Below, one piece after another: positions 1-9,193 of a DNA stretch of 64,000 nt. A program made the position numbers and the translations under genes. The stretch lies in NCBI GenBank assembly GCA_046734435.1, contig JBKPRE010000018.1, forward strand, positions 2,471 to 66,470, read 5' to 3'. This DNA comes from Pseudomonadota bacterium. Its GTDB lineage: Bacteria; Pseudomonadota; Alphaproteobacteria; Rhizobiales; Xanthobacteraceae. Below the pieces are notes generated by a model. That model searched no databases, was not told the DNA's origin, and was given only the letters and a program-made list of their open reading frames with translations. Each line of letters starts with the position of its first letter. Position 1 is the stretch's first letter.

Positions 1-750
1 GATCGCGTCGTTGAGACGGCTGACCGCGATGAGCGCTTCGGCACCGGTCGCCTTGGCTTTTGAGATCTCCACCGAGAGATCGCGCGCGGCGGGGTCATAA
101 GCAATTTCCTGCAGAATTTTATAGGGCATGTCGAACTTCGGGAACATGGCAGCCATGCCCTTCTGAATCGATGTGCCATAGGTGTCGTTGACATGCAGCA
201 TAACCGCCGTTTTCGGCGCCGAGCCGGTGACCTGGAAAACTTCCTTCTGATTGAGGAAAGCATCACGCAGGATCATGGGCCCGGTCGGGAAATTGCGAAA
301 CACGAACTTGTAGCCTTGCTCGGTGATCGGCGGAGCGGCCGCAATGTTGATGACGAGCGGAATGCCCTTTTGCTCGGCCACCTGTGCAATGGCCGTGGTC
401 TGTCCGGAGTCGAAAGCGCCGACGAGCAGCTGGGCGCCCTCGCTGATCAGTTTTTCGGCGCGCGAACGGGCGACATCCACGTTCGTTTCGGTATCCGCAT
501 TCAAGATCTGAAGCGATGGCAGGCCGAGATCCTTGAGAATGCCGGCCGAAATGTCGACGCCGCGCTGGCAGTCCTGGCCGATGCTGGCCTGGTAGCCTGA
601 ACGCGGCAGAAGCACGCCGACCTTGAGCGCGGCGCCTTGCGCACGAACGATGTTGAACGGCGCAGTTCCAGCAACGATGCCTGCAGCGCCGAGCCCGGCG
701 CTAAAGCTTCGGCGGGTCACGGCCGCCTTCGACTGAGATTTCTTCTTCAT
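1..750 (-). CDS. ABC transporter substrate-binding protein, branched-chain amino acid (Liv) type; 3' end runs off window start
   Basis: Manual translation from ATG at 750: MKKKSQSKAAVTRRSFSAGLGAAGIVAG... (Tat-like TRR signal), then LKVGVLLPRSG...LVGAFDSGQT...; open to position 1. Not in the supplied ORF track. Confidence 0.85.
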   Translation of the reverse strand, partial: MKKKSQSKAAVTRRSFSAGLGAAGIVAGTAPFNIVRAQGAALKVGVLLPRSGYQASIGQDCQRGVDISAGILKDLGLPSLQILNADTETNVDVARSRAEKLISEGAQLLVGAFDSGQTTAIAQVAEQKGIPLVINIAAAPPITEQGYKFVFRNFPTGPMILRDAFLNQKEVFQVTGSAPKTAVMLHVNDTYGTSIQKGMAAMFPKFDMPYKILQEIAYDPAARDLSVEISKAKATGAEALIAVSRLNDAI

Positions 751-959
751 CGGATACCCTCCCTGGCCGAGCACGCGGCCCTTGTTCCGGATGATGCCGG
801 ATTTTTTCCAATCTTCACAAGATCGAACCTCGGCCGCAGCAACCACGCGCGGGCCGTTCACCCATTCCCGGTATTCACCCGGTCATATTGTTGACTAGGA
901 CAACAAATTTCGTCAACACCATTGGTGACGACCACGACAAGCTGCCCCAAGGCTACCCT

Positions 960-1451
960 ATGTCTGACGCCAAACACGCCTCCAAACGGGCCGTGTCACT
1001 GCGCAAAACGCCGCAGAAGCGCACGAGCGCGCCCGTTATCGACCTCGGCGTTCTCAACGAGCGCCTCGGCTACTTCATCCGGCGGGCACAGCTTTGGGTG
1101 TTTCAGGACTTCATCCGCCGCCTGTCGTCGATCGACATCAGTCCGGCCGAATTCTCCGTTCTGGTCGTCATCGGCGCCAATACGGGATTGTCCCAGGCGG
1201 AGCTGGCGGCAACTCTGGGCATTGAACGGGCGCGATTGGTCCGCCTGTTGCATCGCCTCGAAAAACGCGGCCTGACGCAGCGGCTGCCATCATCTGCCGA
1301 TGGCCGCCGTCACGCGCTCCGGCTTACCGCGGACGGTCAAAAACTTCTGGTGCGCGCCAAAATGCTGGCTGCACAACATGAAGGCGCACTGAAAGAAAAG
1401 TTCGGCGCCGAACGCCACCGGTTGCTGCTTGAATCGCTGCGGTCGCTCTAG
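960..1451 (+). CDS. MarR family transcriptional regulator
   Basis: LGYFIRRA...ISPAEFSVL...LSQAELA...LVRLLHRLEKRGL...DGRRHALRLT winged-helix pattern; divergent from the SBP gene. Confidence 0.9.
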   Translation: MSDAKHASKRAVSLRKTPQKRTSAPVIDLGVLNERLGYFIRRAQLWVFQDFIRRLSSIDISPAEFSVLVVIGANTGLSQAELAATLGIERARLVRLLHRLEKRGLTQRLPSSADGRRHALRLTADGQKLLVRAKMLAAQHEGALKEKFGAERHRLLLESLRSL

Positions 1452-1455
1452 GCGC

Positions 1456-2757
1456 CTATCCGCCGAACAATCGTTCAACCGCCATCGCCACGCGGAACAG
1501 GTGATTGTCCTGACCGTTGCGAGCAACCAGCATCAGGCCGGCAGGAAGACCGCCTTCGCGCGGGATCGGCACCGAGATCGCGCAGAGGTCAAAGAAATTC
1601 ACAAAAACCGTATTGCGCAGCAACATCAGGTTCCTGCGCGCGAACTCATCGGCTGACGCCACCTCTTGCATCGTCGGCGCCACAATCGAGGTCGTCGGCA
1701 ATGCCAGAATGTCGAGACCGGCCAGCCTCTGATCCATCAGCCGAATGAGTTGTGCGCGCCGCCGCACCATATCGACGTAGTCAGCAGCGCTAATGCTGCG
1801 CGCCCGCTCAAGTCGTACCCGGACATTCGGATCGATGTCATCGGCACGGCGCGACATCGTTTCACGGTGGACCGCAAATGCCTCAGCGGGATGCACGCCA
1901 CCCTTGCTGTTGACGTCGGCCATATCGGCAAGCAATGCGAGTTTTTCATCAGACAAACGCGCACCCGCCTTGCGCAATTGATCGACCGCACCGGCGAAAC
2001 GCTTCGACACGGTCTCGTCGAGATTCTCCACCGGAGCTCCTTGCGCGATGCCGATGCGAAGGCCGGCCAGCTGCGCGGGCTCGAGCGGCACGAAATCCTC
2101 GGCCGCCATGACGGCATCGGCCCGGGCGCAGGCTTCCACCGTGCGCGCAATCGGGCCGATTGAGTCGATGCTGTATGACAGCGGAAAGGCGCCGTCGGTC
2201 GGGATGCGCTGCCGGCTTGGCTTGTAGCCGACGATCCCGCAGATCGCCGCAGGGATCCGGCATGAGCCGCCGGTGTCCGAACCGATGGCAATCTCGCACA
2301 TACCGTCAGCCGCCGACACCACGGCGCCGGACGATGAGCCGCCAGGAACGCGCTTGCGGTCAGCCGGATTGCCGGGCGTCCCGAAATGCGGATTGGCGCC
2401 GATGCCGGTATAGGCAAATTCGCTCATGTTCGTTTTGGCAACGACAATCGCACCGCCGGCGCGCAGCCGGCGCACGACGGATGCATCGGCGGTGGCCGGC
2501 TTTCCTTCCTCGGCGAGGATCCTCGATCCCGCGCGCGTGACTTCGCCCGCGACGTCAAAAAGATCCTTGATGCTCACGATCGTGCCGTCCACCGGGCCGA
2601 GCGAGATTCCGTATTTTGCGCGCGCGTCAGCCGCATCAGCGGCAGCCTTCGCCTGCTCGCGATAGACCGTGAGGCAGGCGCGGGCCCCTTCCCCTTTTGG
2701 ATCATCGATGCGGGCCAACGCGGCTTCAAGCCGCTCGCGCGCGGTATTCCGTGCCAT
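1456..2757 (-). CDS. Amidase signature family protein
   Basis: SIKDLFDV, KTNMSEFA, PGGSSSG and IGSDTGGSCRIPAAICG amidase motifs. Confidence 0.92.
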   Translation of the reverse strand: MARNTARERLEAALARIDDPKGEGARACLTVYREQAKAAADAADARAKYGISLGPVDGTIVSIKDLFDVAGEVTRAGSRILAEEGKPATADASVVRRLRAGGAIVVAKTNMSEFAYTGIGANPHFGTPGNPADRKRVPGGSSSGAVVSAADGMCEIAIGSDTGGSCRIPAAICGIVGYKPSRQRIPTDGAFPLSYSIDSIGPIARTVEACARADAVMAAEDFVPLEPAQLAGLRIGIAQGAPVENLDETVSKRFAGAVDQLRKAGARLSDEKLALLADMADVNSKGGVHPAEAFAVHRETMSRRADDIDPNVRVRLERARSISAADYVDMVRRRAQLIRLMDQRLAGLDILALPTTSIVAPTMQEVASADEFARRNLMLLRNTVFVNFFDLCAISVPIPREGGLPAGLMLVARNGQDNHLFRVAMAVERLFGG

Positions 2758-2888
2758 GGGACAACCTTTGTGGATCGGTTTCGTTGGGACTGTCGGATTA
2801 TTTTCAGGTCCCGTCCAGCCCACCACTGTTCACGCGGGGCGCGCCTGTGCAATCAATTAAAGAGGCAGCGAAAAAAAGAGAGGCCGTC

Positions 2889-3365
2889 ATGACCGCGAAG
2901 GGCAAGCACTCACCACCGGGCAAAGGCAACATCTACGCGAAGGCCAACGAGGTCATCGTGAAGATCACCGGCGGTGACACCGATCAAACTTTCGAGGTGG
3001 TCGAGGAGAACTGCAAGCCCGGCTTCCAGTCGCGCGCGCATTATCACATCAAGGCCTACGAAACGTTCTATTTGTTCGAGGGCAGCGCGGACTTTCAGGT
3101 TGGCGACGAGTTGTTTCACGCAACGAAAGGATCTTGCATTCACATTCCGCCCGGTGTGCCGCACCAGGTCACGTCGAAAGACGGTGTGCGCATGCTGATG
3201 ATCTACAGTCCGGCGGGCACCGAAGGAATGTTCGCTGACATGCACGCGCTCACGCAGGATCAGTTGATGAATGCCGAGCTCACCAAGCAACTCGCGCTCA
3301 AGCATGACACGGTCATGGTCGAGCAAAGCAAGGATGGCCGCGGCAAAGGCACAATTTTGGGCTGA
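2889..3365 (+). CDS. Cupin domain protein
   Basis: AHYH...ETFYLFEGSADFQVGD...GSCIHIPPGVPHQ cupin motifs. Confidence 0.85.
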   Translation: MTAKGKHSPPGKGNIYAKANEVIVKITGGDTDQTFEVVEENCKPGFQSRAHYHIKAYETFYLFEGSADFQVGDELFHATKGSCIHIPPGVPHQVTSKDGVRMLMIYSPAGTEGMFADMHALTQDQLMNAELTKQLALKHDTVMVEQSKDGRGKGTILG

Positions 3366-3692
3366 TCAGCGCCGCCATATTTCATCCTCAGAATTATCAA
3401 CAGCGATTCTTCGGCCTTGCCCCGCCGCATGGTGGAGGTAGGCTTCCCGACAGGTCGCCCATCTTCGGCTCTGCCGGACACGGATGGCCGCCATGACCGG
3501 ACTGGACATGGGACGTGGGTGCAGCTTGCTGTATTCGTGGCTCATGACTACCGGCCCTGGCTCTCAGTAACTGGTACCTCCGCTGCGGGTTTCGGCCTGC
3601 GCGCCAGGAATGGATCCGAGAGCTTGTGACGGGTGGACGACGGTCTGCCCGTTATGGCTTTTAGGAGGCCCGTTCGCGAGTGCCCTCCCCGC

Positions 3693-4046
3693 TCACAGAC
3701 TCGCGCCGTCGAATTTCTTCACCCTGAACTGCTCGACGTCTACGCCGTCCAGGCAGCGCACGTTGAGCATCACCATGTCCCTGCCGCCGGGGCCCTTGCC
3801 GTAGGCGTAAGATTCGATCCCACACGTCTTGCAGAATGGATGATGAATCGCGCGCTTGTTGAACTGGTAGTCGGTCATTTCATTCTCGCCCGACAGCAGC
3901 TTGAAGTCCGACATTGCGACCGCGGACAGCAACGGGCCCGCCTTGCGGCAGCGCGAGCAGTTGCACGTGATCACCTCTCCGATGTCGGCTTGCGCCTCGT
4001 AGCGTACTTTTCCGCATTGGCAGCCGCCGGTGTAGGTCTTTTTCAT
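3693..4046 (-). CDS. GFA (CENP-V/glutathione-dependent formaldehyde-activating) family protein
   Basis: GGCQCGKVRY, CNCSRC, HPFCKTCG cysteine pattern. Confidence 0.88.
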   Translation of the reverse strand: MKKTYTGGCQCGKVRYEAQADIGEVITCNCSRCRKAGPLLSAVAMSDFKLLSGENEMTDYQFNKRAIHHPFCKTCGIESYAYGKGPGGRDMVMLNVRCLDGVDVEQFRVKKFDGASL

Positions 4047-4079
4047 TGGCAACGAGCTCCTTTTCCAGACTGTTTGCTT

Positions 4080-4943
4080 TCACCAAAGTTGGTCGAAATT
4101 CGGCCGCCGTGAAATCAATTTCTGCTGCTGACAATATGACATGAGAAGCTCCAGGCAGCGCCGGTTCGCTTCCTTGCCGAACGGCGCGGTGTCGATGGTC
4201 CCGAGTGGCGGTGCGGCTTTCCGCGCCTCTTCTAGCAATCGGTAGAGCTCGCCAACAGCTTGCGGATTTGATCGGACAAGCTCGTCGGTCACCACGACCA
4301 TGTGGTTGACGGGAACAAGGCCGTGCTTGCCGTACCAGCCGCGCGCGGCGGCCTGGGGATCAGGAATGACGCTTTGCAACCGCGGATCCTTCGGCAGCGC
4401 GGCACCAAAGACCGCCGCGTCCAGTTCCCCGGCAATCAGCATGTCGGTGATGTCCTGCCCTTTGCGGGCGCGCACGACGCCGGCCGGATCGGCGGCCTCG
4501 GCGACATGCCCGTCCTCGAACGTCACCCATTGCACGCCGCTGAGATCTACGCCGTAGTCATTTTCGAGGATGCCGCGAATCCAAACACCGGTGGTCTGGC
4601 TGTACGAACGCACGCCGATGCGCTTGCCTGGAAGATCGGCCGGCGCAAGCTTTCCCCGCTCAGCATTGAACAACATGGTGCCATGCTGAAAACGCGCGAG
4701 CATCGCAGCCGGCAGCAATGTGAGTCCCTTGTTGTGATCTTTCGCCTGGAAGTACGTCACGAGCGCCATCTCGCTGGCATCGAAGGCATGCTCGCGAACC
4801 ATCGGTTTGAAGGCCTGGTATAGGGGCTTAACTTCGACAAATTCGAGTTTCAGCCGGGACGATGTGATCTCGCCACGCTTGAGCGGCAGCGTATGCGGAT
4901 AGTCGCCGAGCGCGACGCGCAATGTCGTGCCGCCATTTGCCAT
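4080..4943 (-). CDS. 4,5-dihydroxyphthalate decarboxylase-like protein (periplasmic-binding-protein fold)
   Basis: LRVALGDYPHT, FDASEMAL, GKRIGVRSYSQTTGVWIRGIL, PVNHMVVV resemble the Pht5/OphC family; no signal peptide. Confidence 0.65.
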   Translation of the reverse strand: MANGGTTLRVALGDYPHTLPLKRGEITSSRLKLEFVEVKPLYQAFKPMVREHAFDASEMALVTYFQAKDHNKGLTLLPAAMLARFQHGTMLFNAERGKLAPADLPGKRIGVRSYSQTTGVWIRGILENDYGVDLSGVQWVTFEDGHVAEAADPAGVVRARKGQDITDMLIAGELDAAVFGAALPKDPRLQSVIPDPQAAARGWYGKHGLVPVNHMVVVTDELVRSNPQAVGELYRLLEEARKAAPPLGTIDTAPFGKEANRRCLELLMSYCQQQKLISRRPNFDQLW

Positions 4944-5034
4944 TGTGAGACGCTCCGCTTGAAACCGATCCGACGGCTTGACCGCCCGCCACTCAACCTA
5001 GTTTAACAAGCCGGCATGTAAAAGGAGTGGTGGC

Positions 5035-5757
5035 ATGGCGGATCAGAAGACCGGGCTTGTCGTGACGGCCCATCCCGGTGATTTCGTATGGCGCGCGGGC
5101 GGAGCGATCGCGCTGCATGCCAAGCGCGGCTATCGGGTCAAAATCGTCTGCATGTCATACGGCGAGCGCGGGGAAAGCCAGTTTGCCTGGAAAGAACCGG
5201 GCGCCACATTGGAAAAAGTAAAAGCCGGCCGCAAGGACGAGGCCGAGCGCGCCGCAAAACTGCTCGGCGCAGAGATCGAATTCTTCGACTGCGGCGACTA
5301 TCCGCTGAAGCTCAACGAGAGCCATTTCGATCGCATGGTCGACATCTATCGCGAGTTCAACCCGTCCTTCGTGCTGACGCATGCGCTCGAGGACCCGTAC
5401 AATTTCGACCATCCCAATGCCGCTCACTTCGCGCAGGAAACGCGTGTGGTCGCTCAGGCGATGGGCCACAAGCCCGACGCCAAGTACAAATATGCGGCGC
5501 CGCCGGTGTTCCTGTTCGAGCCGCACCAGCCGGAAATGTGCAACTACAAGCCCAATCTCATTCTGAAAATCGACGATGTCTGGGAGCAGAAGTACAAGGC
5601 GTTCCAGATCCTTGCCGCGCAAAAGCACTTGTGGGGCTATTATGAGCGGGTCGCGCTCAACCGGGGCATCCAGGGCAGCCGCAACACCGGCGTTCCGATG
5701 ACCTATGGCGAGGCGTATCAGCGATTGTTCCCGACTGTTGAGGAGATATTGAAATGA
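5035..5757 (+). CDS. galB: 4-oxalomesaconate hydratase, PIG-L/LmbE family
   Basis: AHPGDFVWRAGGAIALH...SYGERGES...GDYP...DPYNFDHP...FEPHQPE...YYERVALNRG closely follow GalB; ATGA overlap with next gene. Confidence 0.85.
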   Translation: MADQKTGLVVTAHPGDFVWRAGGAIALHAKRGYRVKIVCMSYGERGESQFAWKEPGATLEKVKAGRKDEAERAAKLLGAEIEFFDCGDYPLKLNESHFDRMVDIYREFNPSFVLTHALEDPYNFDHPNAAHFAQETRVVAQAMGHKPDAKYKYAAPPVFLFEPHQPEMCNYKPNLILKIDDVWEQKYKAFQILAAQKHLWGYYERVALNRGIQGSRNTGVPMTYGEAYQRLFPTVEEILK

Positions 5758-6446
5758 AGCCCGTCGTCATCCGCAACATCAAACGCGCCGACAGCAATGC
5801 TATAGGGACGCTTGGCGCGGTCGGCGTTTCCACAGCGCACGAAGCGCTCGGACGATCGGGTTTGATGAAGCCCTATATGCGGCCGATCTGGGCCGGCGCG
5901 CAGATTGCGGGCCCTGCGGTCACCGTGCTGGCGCAGCCGGGTGACAACTGGATGATCCATGTCGCGGTCGAGCAGTGCCAGAAGGGCGATGTCCTGGTTG
6001 TCGGCTGCACGGCCGACAATTCCGACGGAATGTTCGGCGAGTTGCTCGCGACCGCATTGCGCGCGCGGGGCGTCGCCGGGCTTGTCATCGATGCCGGCTG
6101 CCGCGACGTCCGTCCGATCTCGGACATGCGCTTCCCTGTCTGGTCGAAAGCCATTTCGGCAAAAGGCACCGTGAAAGCCACGCTGGGTGCGGTCAACGTC
6201 CCGGTGGTTTGCGCCGGCGTCAACGTTGAGCCGGGCGATGTCGTGGTTGCGGATGACGATGGCGTCGTCGTAATCCCCAAGAAGGCTGCGGTCGAGACCG
6301 CGCGGAAGGCGCAAAAGCGCAAGGACGATGAAGACGGCAAGCGCAAGCAACTCGAGGCCGGCACGCTCAGTCTCGACATGTACAAGATGCGCGAGCCGCT
6401 TGCGAAAGCAGGATTGGTCTACATCGACCATCCGGAGGACAATTGA
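5754..6446 (+). CDS. ligK: 4-carboxy-4-hydroxy-2-oxoadipate aldolase / oxaloacetate decarboxylase (RraA fold)
   Basis: PGDNWMIHVAVEQ, DGMFGELLATA, GLVIDAGCRDV, GTVKATLG, GDVVVADDDGVV. Confidence 0.9.
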   Translation: MKPVVIRNIKRADSNAIGTLGAVGVSTAHEALGRSGLMKPYMRPIWAGAQIAGPAVTVLAQPGDNWMIHVAVEQCQKGDVLVVGCTADNSDGMFGELLATALRARGVAGLVIDAGCRDVRPISDMRFPVWSKAISAKGTVKATLGAVNVPVVCAGVNVEPGDVVVADDDGVVVIPKKAAVETARKAQKRKDDEDGKRKQLEAGTLSLDMYKMREPLAKAGLVYIDHPEDN

Positions 6447-6702
6447 CGGCGGTCATATACAACGCTGCGTTAACGTGCGCGGCTGCCGAGCAGTATTTTT
6501 AGAAAAGCCATCGTCCATTCGGATATCTCAGCAGCATTGAAAAATATTTTGTTCTCGGTGTCGCCAAAAATTTTTTGCATGTGACGACTCGCGTTTGTCC
6601 GCAAGCGGTCCGGATTTTTGGAAATTGCTCGCGCGCGATCGAAGAGGCTCTTAAGAGCGCATCGCTACTGTGACCGTGTACGCAGTCACAGGGAGTATGC
6701 AG

Positions 6703-6891
6703 ATGTCCAAAGTGTTTGCTTTTCTGAAGGACGAGTCCGGCGCGACCGCGATCGAGTACGGCCTGATCGCTGCCGGCATTTCGGTCGTGATCATTACTGC
6801 CGTAAAGTCAGTCGGATCGAATCTCACAACCACGTTCGAGAGCATCGCTGACGCGATGAAGGGCGCCAGTGGTGGTGGCGGCAGCAACTAA
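6703..6891 (+). CDS. flp: Flp family type IVb pilin, copy 1
   Basis: FLKDESGATAIEYGLIAAGISVVII prepilin cleavage motif and Flp motif. Confidence 0.92.
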   Translation: MSKVFAFLKDESGATAIEYGLIAAGISVVIITAVKSVGSNLTTTFESIADAMKGASGGGGSN

Positions 6892-7049
6892 AACGCATTG
6901 TCGGATCCGGTTCACCTGAACTGACAACCGTCTGGGTGAGATGCGGCAGCTGCCTGCGCGCAATGGCGGCTTCCGTGAGCGGGCCAACAGTCGCTTGTAC
7001 GCATCCTCGCGACCTGGCTCGTTCAGAACTGGCAGATTTCAGGTGAGAA

Positions 7050-7080
7050 GAGGCCGCCGGCAACGGCGGCTTCTTTTTTC
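7050..7080 (+). terminator. Rho-independent terminator downstream of pilin copy 1
   Basis: GAGGCCGCCGGCAACGGCGGCTTC hairpin followed by TTTTTT. Confidence 0.8.
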
Positions 7081-7443
7081 GAATACTCTCTGGTCATCCG
7101 CACACCCGCTGGGGCTCTCCCGATGCGGTTCCACCTGCATGCGCGATTTAAGCCTCGTGGATAACGGCCCGTTAACGAGCGTGGCTTCGGCCACGGGCAT
7201 TACCGGACGTATCGATCGCCCTTCGGGTATTCCGGCATCGCAATTTCCATTGGAAATTCGCATCAAAGCCAGCGCTCCCCGCGGTCGGCACGCGCGTTCC
7301 GCAACGGAATATCGATAACAATTTTAAACAATTCTCCGTGTATTGACGAAGCTTCTTCTTAACGGGCCACCGGTAAGGTCCTGCCATCATCCACCCAGAT
7401 GATGACTGAGTACTCGAGTTCCCAGCTACATGGAGGATGCGTG

Positions 7444-7605
7444 ATGTCTAAAGTTGTTGCGTTTCTGAAGGACGAGTCCGGCGCGACCGCGATCGAATAT
7501 GGTCTCATTGCCGCCGGCATTTCGGTCGTGATTATCGCTACCGTGAACGCGATCGGTTCGAGCCTCAACAGCAAGTTCCAGTACATCTCTGACCAGCTGA
7601 AGTAA
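7444..7605 (+). CDS. flp: Flp family type IVb pilin, copy 2
   Basis: MSKVVAFLKDESGATAIEYGLIAAGISVVIIATVNAIG; GGAGG RBS upstream. Confidence 0.93.
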   Translation: MSKVVAFLKDESGATAIEYGLIAAGISVVIIATVNAIGSSLNSKFQYISDQLK

Positions 7606-7629
7606 TTTCAGCGGTTAGCTGATTTGATT

Positions 7630-7660
7630 GAGGCCGCCGGCAACGGCGGCTTCTTTCATT
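7630..7660 (+). terminator. Rho-independent terminator downstream of pilin copy 2
   Basis: Same GAGGCCGCCGGCAACGGCGGCTTCTTT sequence as at 7050. Confidence 0.8.
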
Positions 7661-7703
7661 TTTGCGGATGTTTTGCGGTGCCCTGGCGCCCACGGCCCGA
7701 AGT

Positions 7704-8192
7704 CTAGGAGCCCGGCCGAAATCTCCTCACAGCCAGCGTTCCCAGAATGAGGACCGCGGCCAAAGTCACGCCCTGCGCGATTTGGAAGGGTGGCTCGGAC
7801 TGCGTCGGTGCCAGTTTTTGCAACGCCGGCACCTTCTGGAAGGACTGCACGATCAGAACGAAGACATTGAAATAAAGCGCCATGAGTGCCGTCACGACGT
7901 AGATCCATCGCCAGGCTCCGCTCAGGTATTTCAGGTAGAGCGCCATCAGTGCGATCGCCAATATCACGACCGATATCAGGCCAACGACAATGGCGGGCGT
8001 GAGGCCGTTTATCGGAAACATGAACCCGGTCACACTCGTAAGAACGGTGGTGGCAAGAAACAACGCCGTCCAACCGGGCAGCCTGCGGGCGCGAAGCATG
8101 CCGGCCAGCACGACCAACCCGCTGACAATCGCGACCAGACTGATGGCGACGTGAAGAATGGTGAAATTCTCAATCGACAGCGCGGCAATCAT
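7704..8192 (-). CDS. Hypothetical integral membrane protein (about 5 TM segments)
   Basis: Alternating hydrophobic segments, FTILHVAISLVAIVSG...; GGAGG RBS upstream. Confidence 0.75.
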   Translation of the reverse strand: MIAALSIENFTILHVAISLVAIVSGLVVLAGMLRARRLPGWTALFLATTVLTSVTGFMFPINGLTPAIVVGLISVVILAIALMALYLKYLSGAWRWIYVVTALMALYFNVFVLIVQSFQKVPALQKLAPTQSEPPFQIAQGVTLAAVLILGTLAVRRFRPGS

Positions 8193-8280
8193 TGGACACC
8201 TCCGCCCCAAGACGTGCAGCGATCTTGCACATTCTCTCGTACGAATGCGGCGGTAGCAATACGACCAACGAGGAGAGGCA

Positions 8281-9108
8281 CTAGCGGTTGGCGGCGCTCC
8301 AGGGCGCGATGCGACGGCCGACCCACTTCAGCAGTGTGGTCAATGATACGCCCAGGACCATCAAAACGATGACCGGCACGAAGGTCTTATCCATCGCGAA
8401 GACGTTTGCGTACTTCGTGATCATGAATCCCAGGCCGGAAATCGTCGTATAAAATTCCGCAATGATCATGCCGATCAGACCGCGGCCGATGGCAAGGCGC
8501 AGGCCCGCGATGATGTAGGGCACGGCAAACGGCAGCAGCACATCCCGCCACATTCTCCATTCGCTCGAGCGGAAAGACTGCGCGACTTCGATCATGCCTT
8601 TGTCGCATTCGCGCACGCCTTGGTACGTGTTGATCAGGATCGGGAATACCGCGAACAGGAAGACGACGATGATCTTCGCCTTCAGGTAGATCCCGAACCA
8701 AAGGACAAGCAGCGGGACGACCGCAACCAGTGGCGTCGCATAAAGGGCATTGATCGGCAGGTCGAGCGCCCAGTCGAGCCAACGGATTCGCGCCATCGCA
8801 ACGCCCAGCGGGATACCGACAACGATTGCGGTGACCAGGCCGTAGACCATGACCTCCAGGCTTTGCGCCAGAAAGTATGGCAGCTCGCCGGAAACGGTTG
8901 TCTCGTAAAAGGCAACCGCGATCTTGCTCGGCGAGGTGAAAAAGATCGGGCTGATAAAGGGCGCGACGATTTCCCAGACGATCAGGATGGCGACCACAAA
9001 GCCGTAACGATAGAGGGCGGCGTATTCCCACCATGCTGTCTTGACCGTAGCCGGCGCCTGCGCATTGCCGGCAATCGCGCCGGTATCGACCTGCTGGGCA
9101 ACGGTCAT
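8281..9108 (-). CDS. ABC transporter permease, NitT/TauT family
   Basis: TM segments plus IEVAQSFRSS EAA-like loop and PYIIAGLRLAIG. Confidence 0.9.
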   Translation of the reverse strand: MTVAQQVDTGAIAGNAQAPATVKTAWWEYAALYRYGFVVAILIVWEIVAPFISPIFFTSPSKIAVAFYETTVSGELPYFLAQSLEVMVYGLVTAIVVGIPLGVAMARIRWLDWALDLPINALYATPLVAVVPLLVLWFGIYLKAKIIVVFLFAVFPILINTYQGVRECDKGMIEVAQSFRSSEWRMWRDVLLPFAVPYIIAGLRLAIGRGLIGMIIAEFYTTISGLGFMITKYANVFAMDKTFVPVIVLMVLGVSLTTLLKWVGRRIAPWSAANR

Positions 9109-9193
9109 TGTCGTCCTTCCTTTGTGCCCTTTAGGCACGGATGGTATGACAGGCGCCAAGGCGGCGCCTGCCATTTCAGGGAAAGCGTCTACT

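Noticed and set aside
3417-3629. 70-aa ORF in the cupin-GFA gap
   Set aside because: No clear RBS, motif or hydrophobic segment; left uncalled.
6460-7370. CtrA boxes upstream of the pilin genes
   Set aside because: Only isolated TTAA/TTAAC half-sites (about 6471, 7172, 7324, 7359) were seen; no TTAA-N7-TTAA match.
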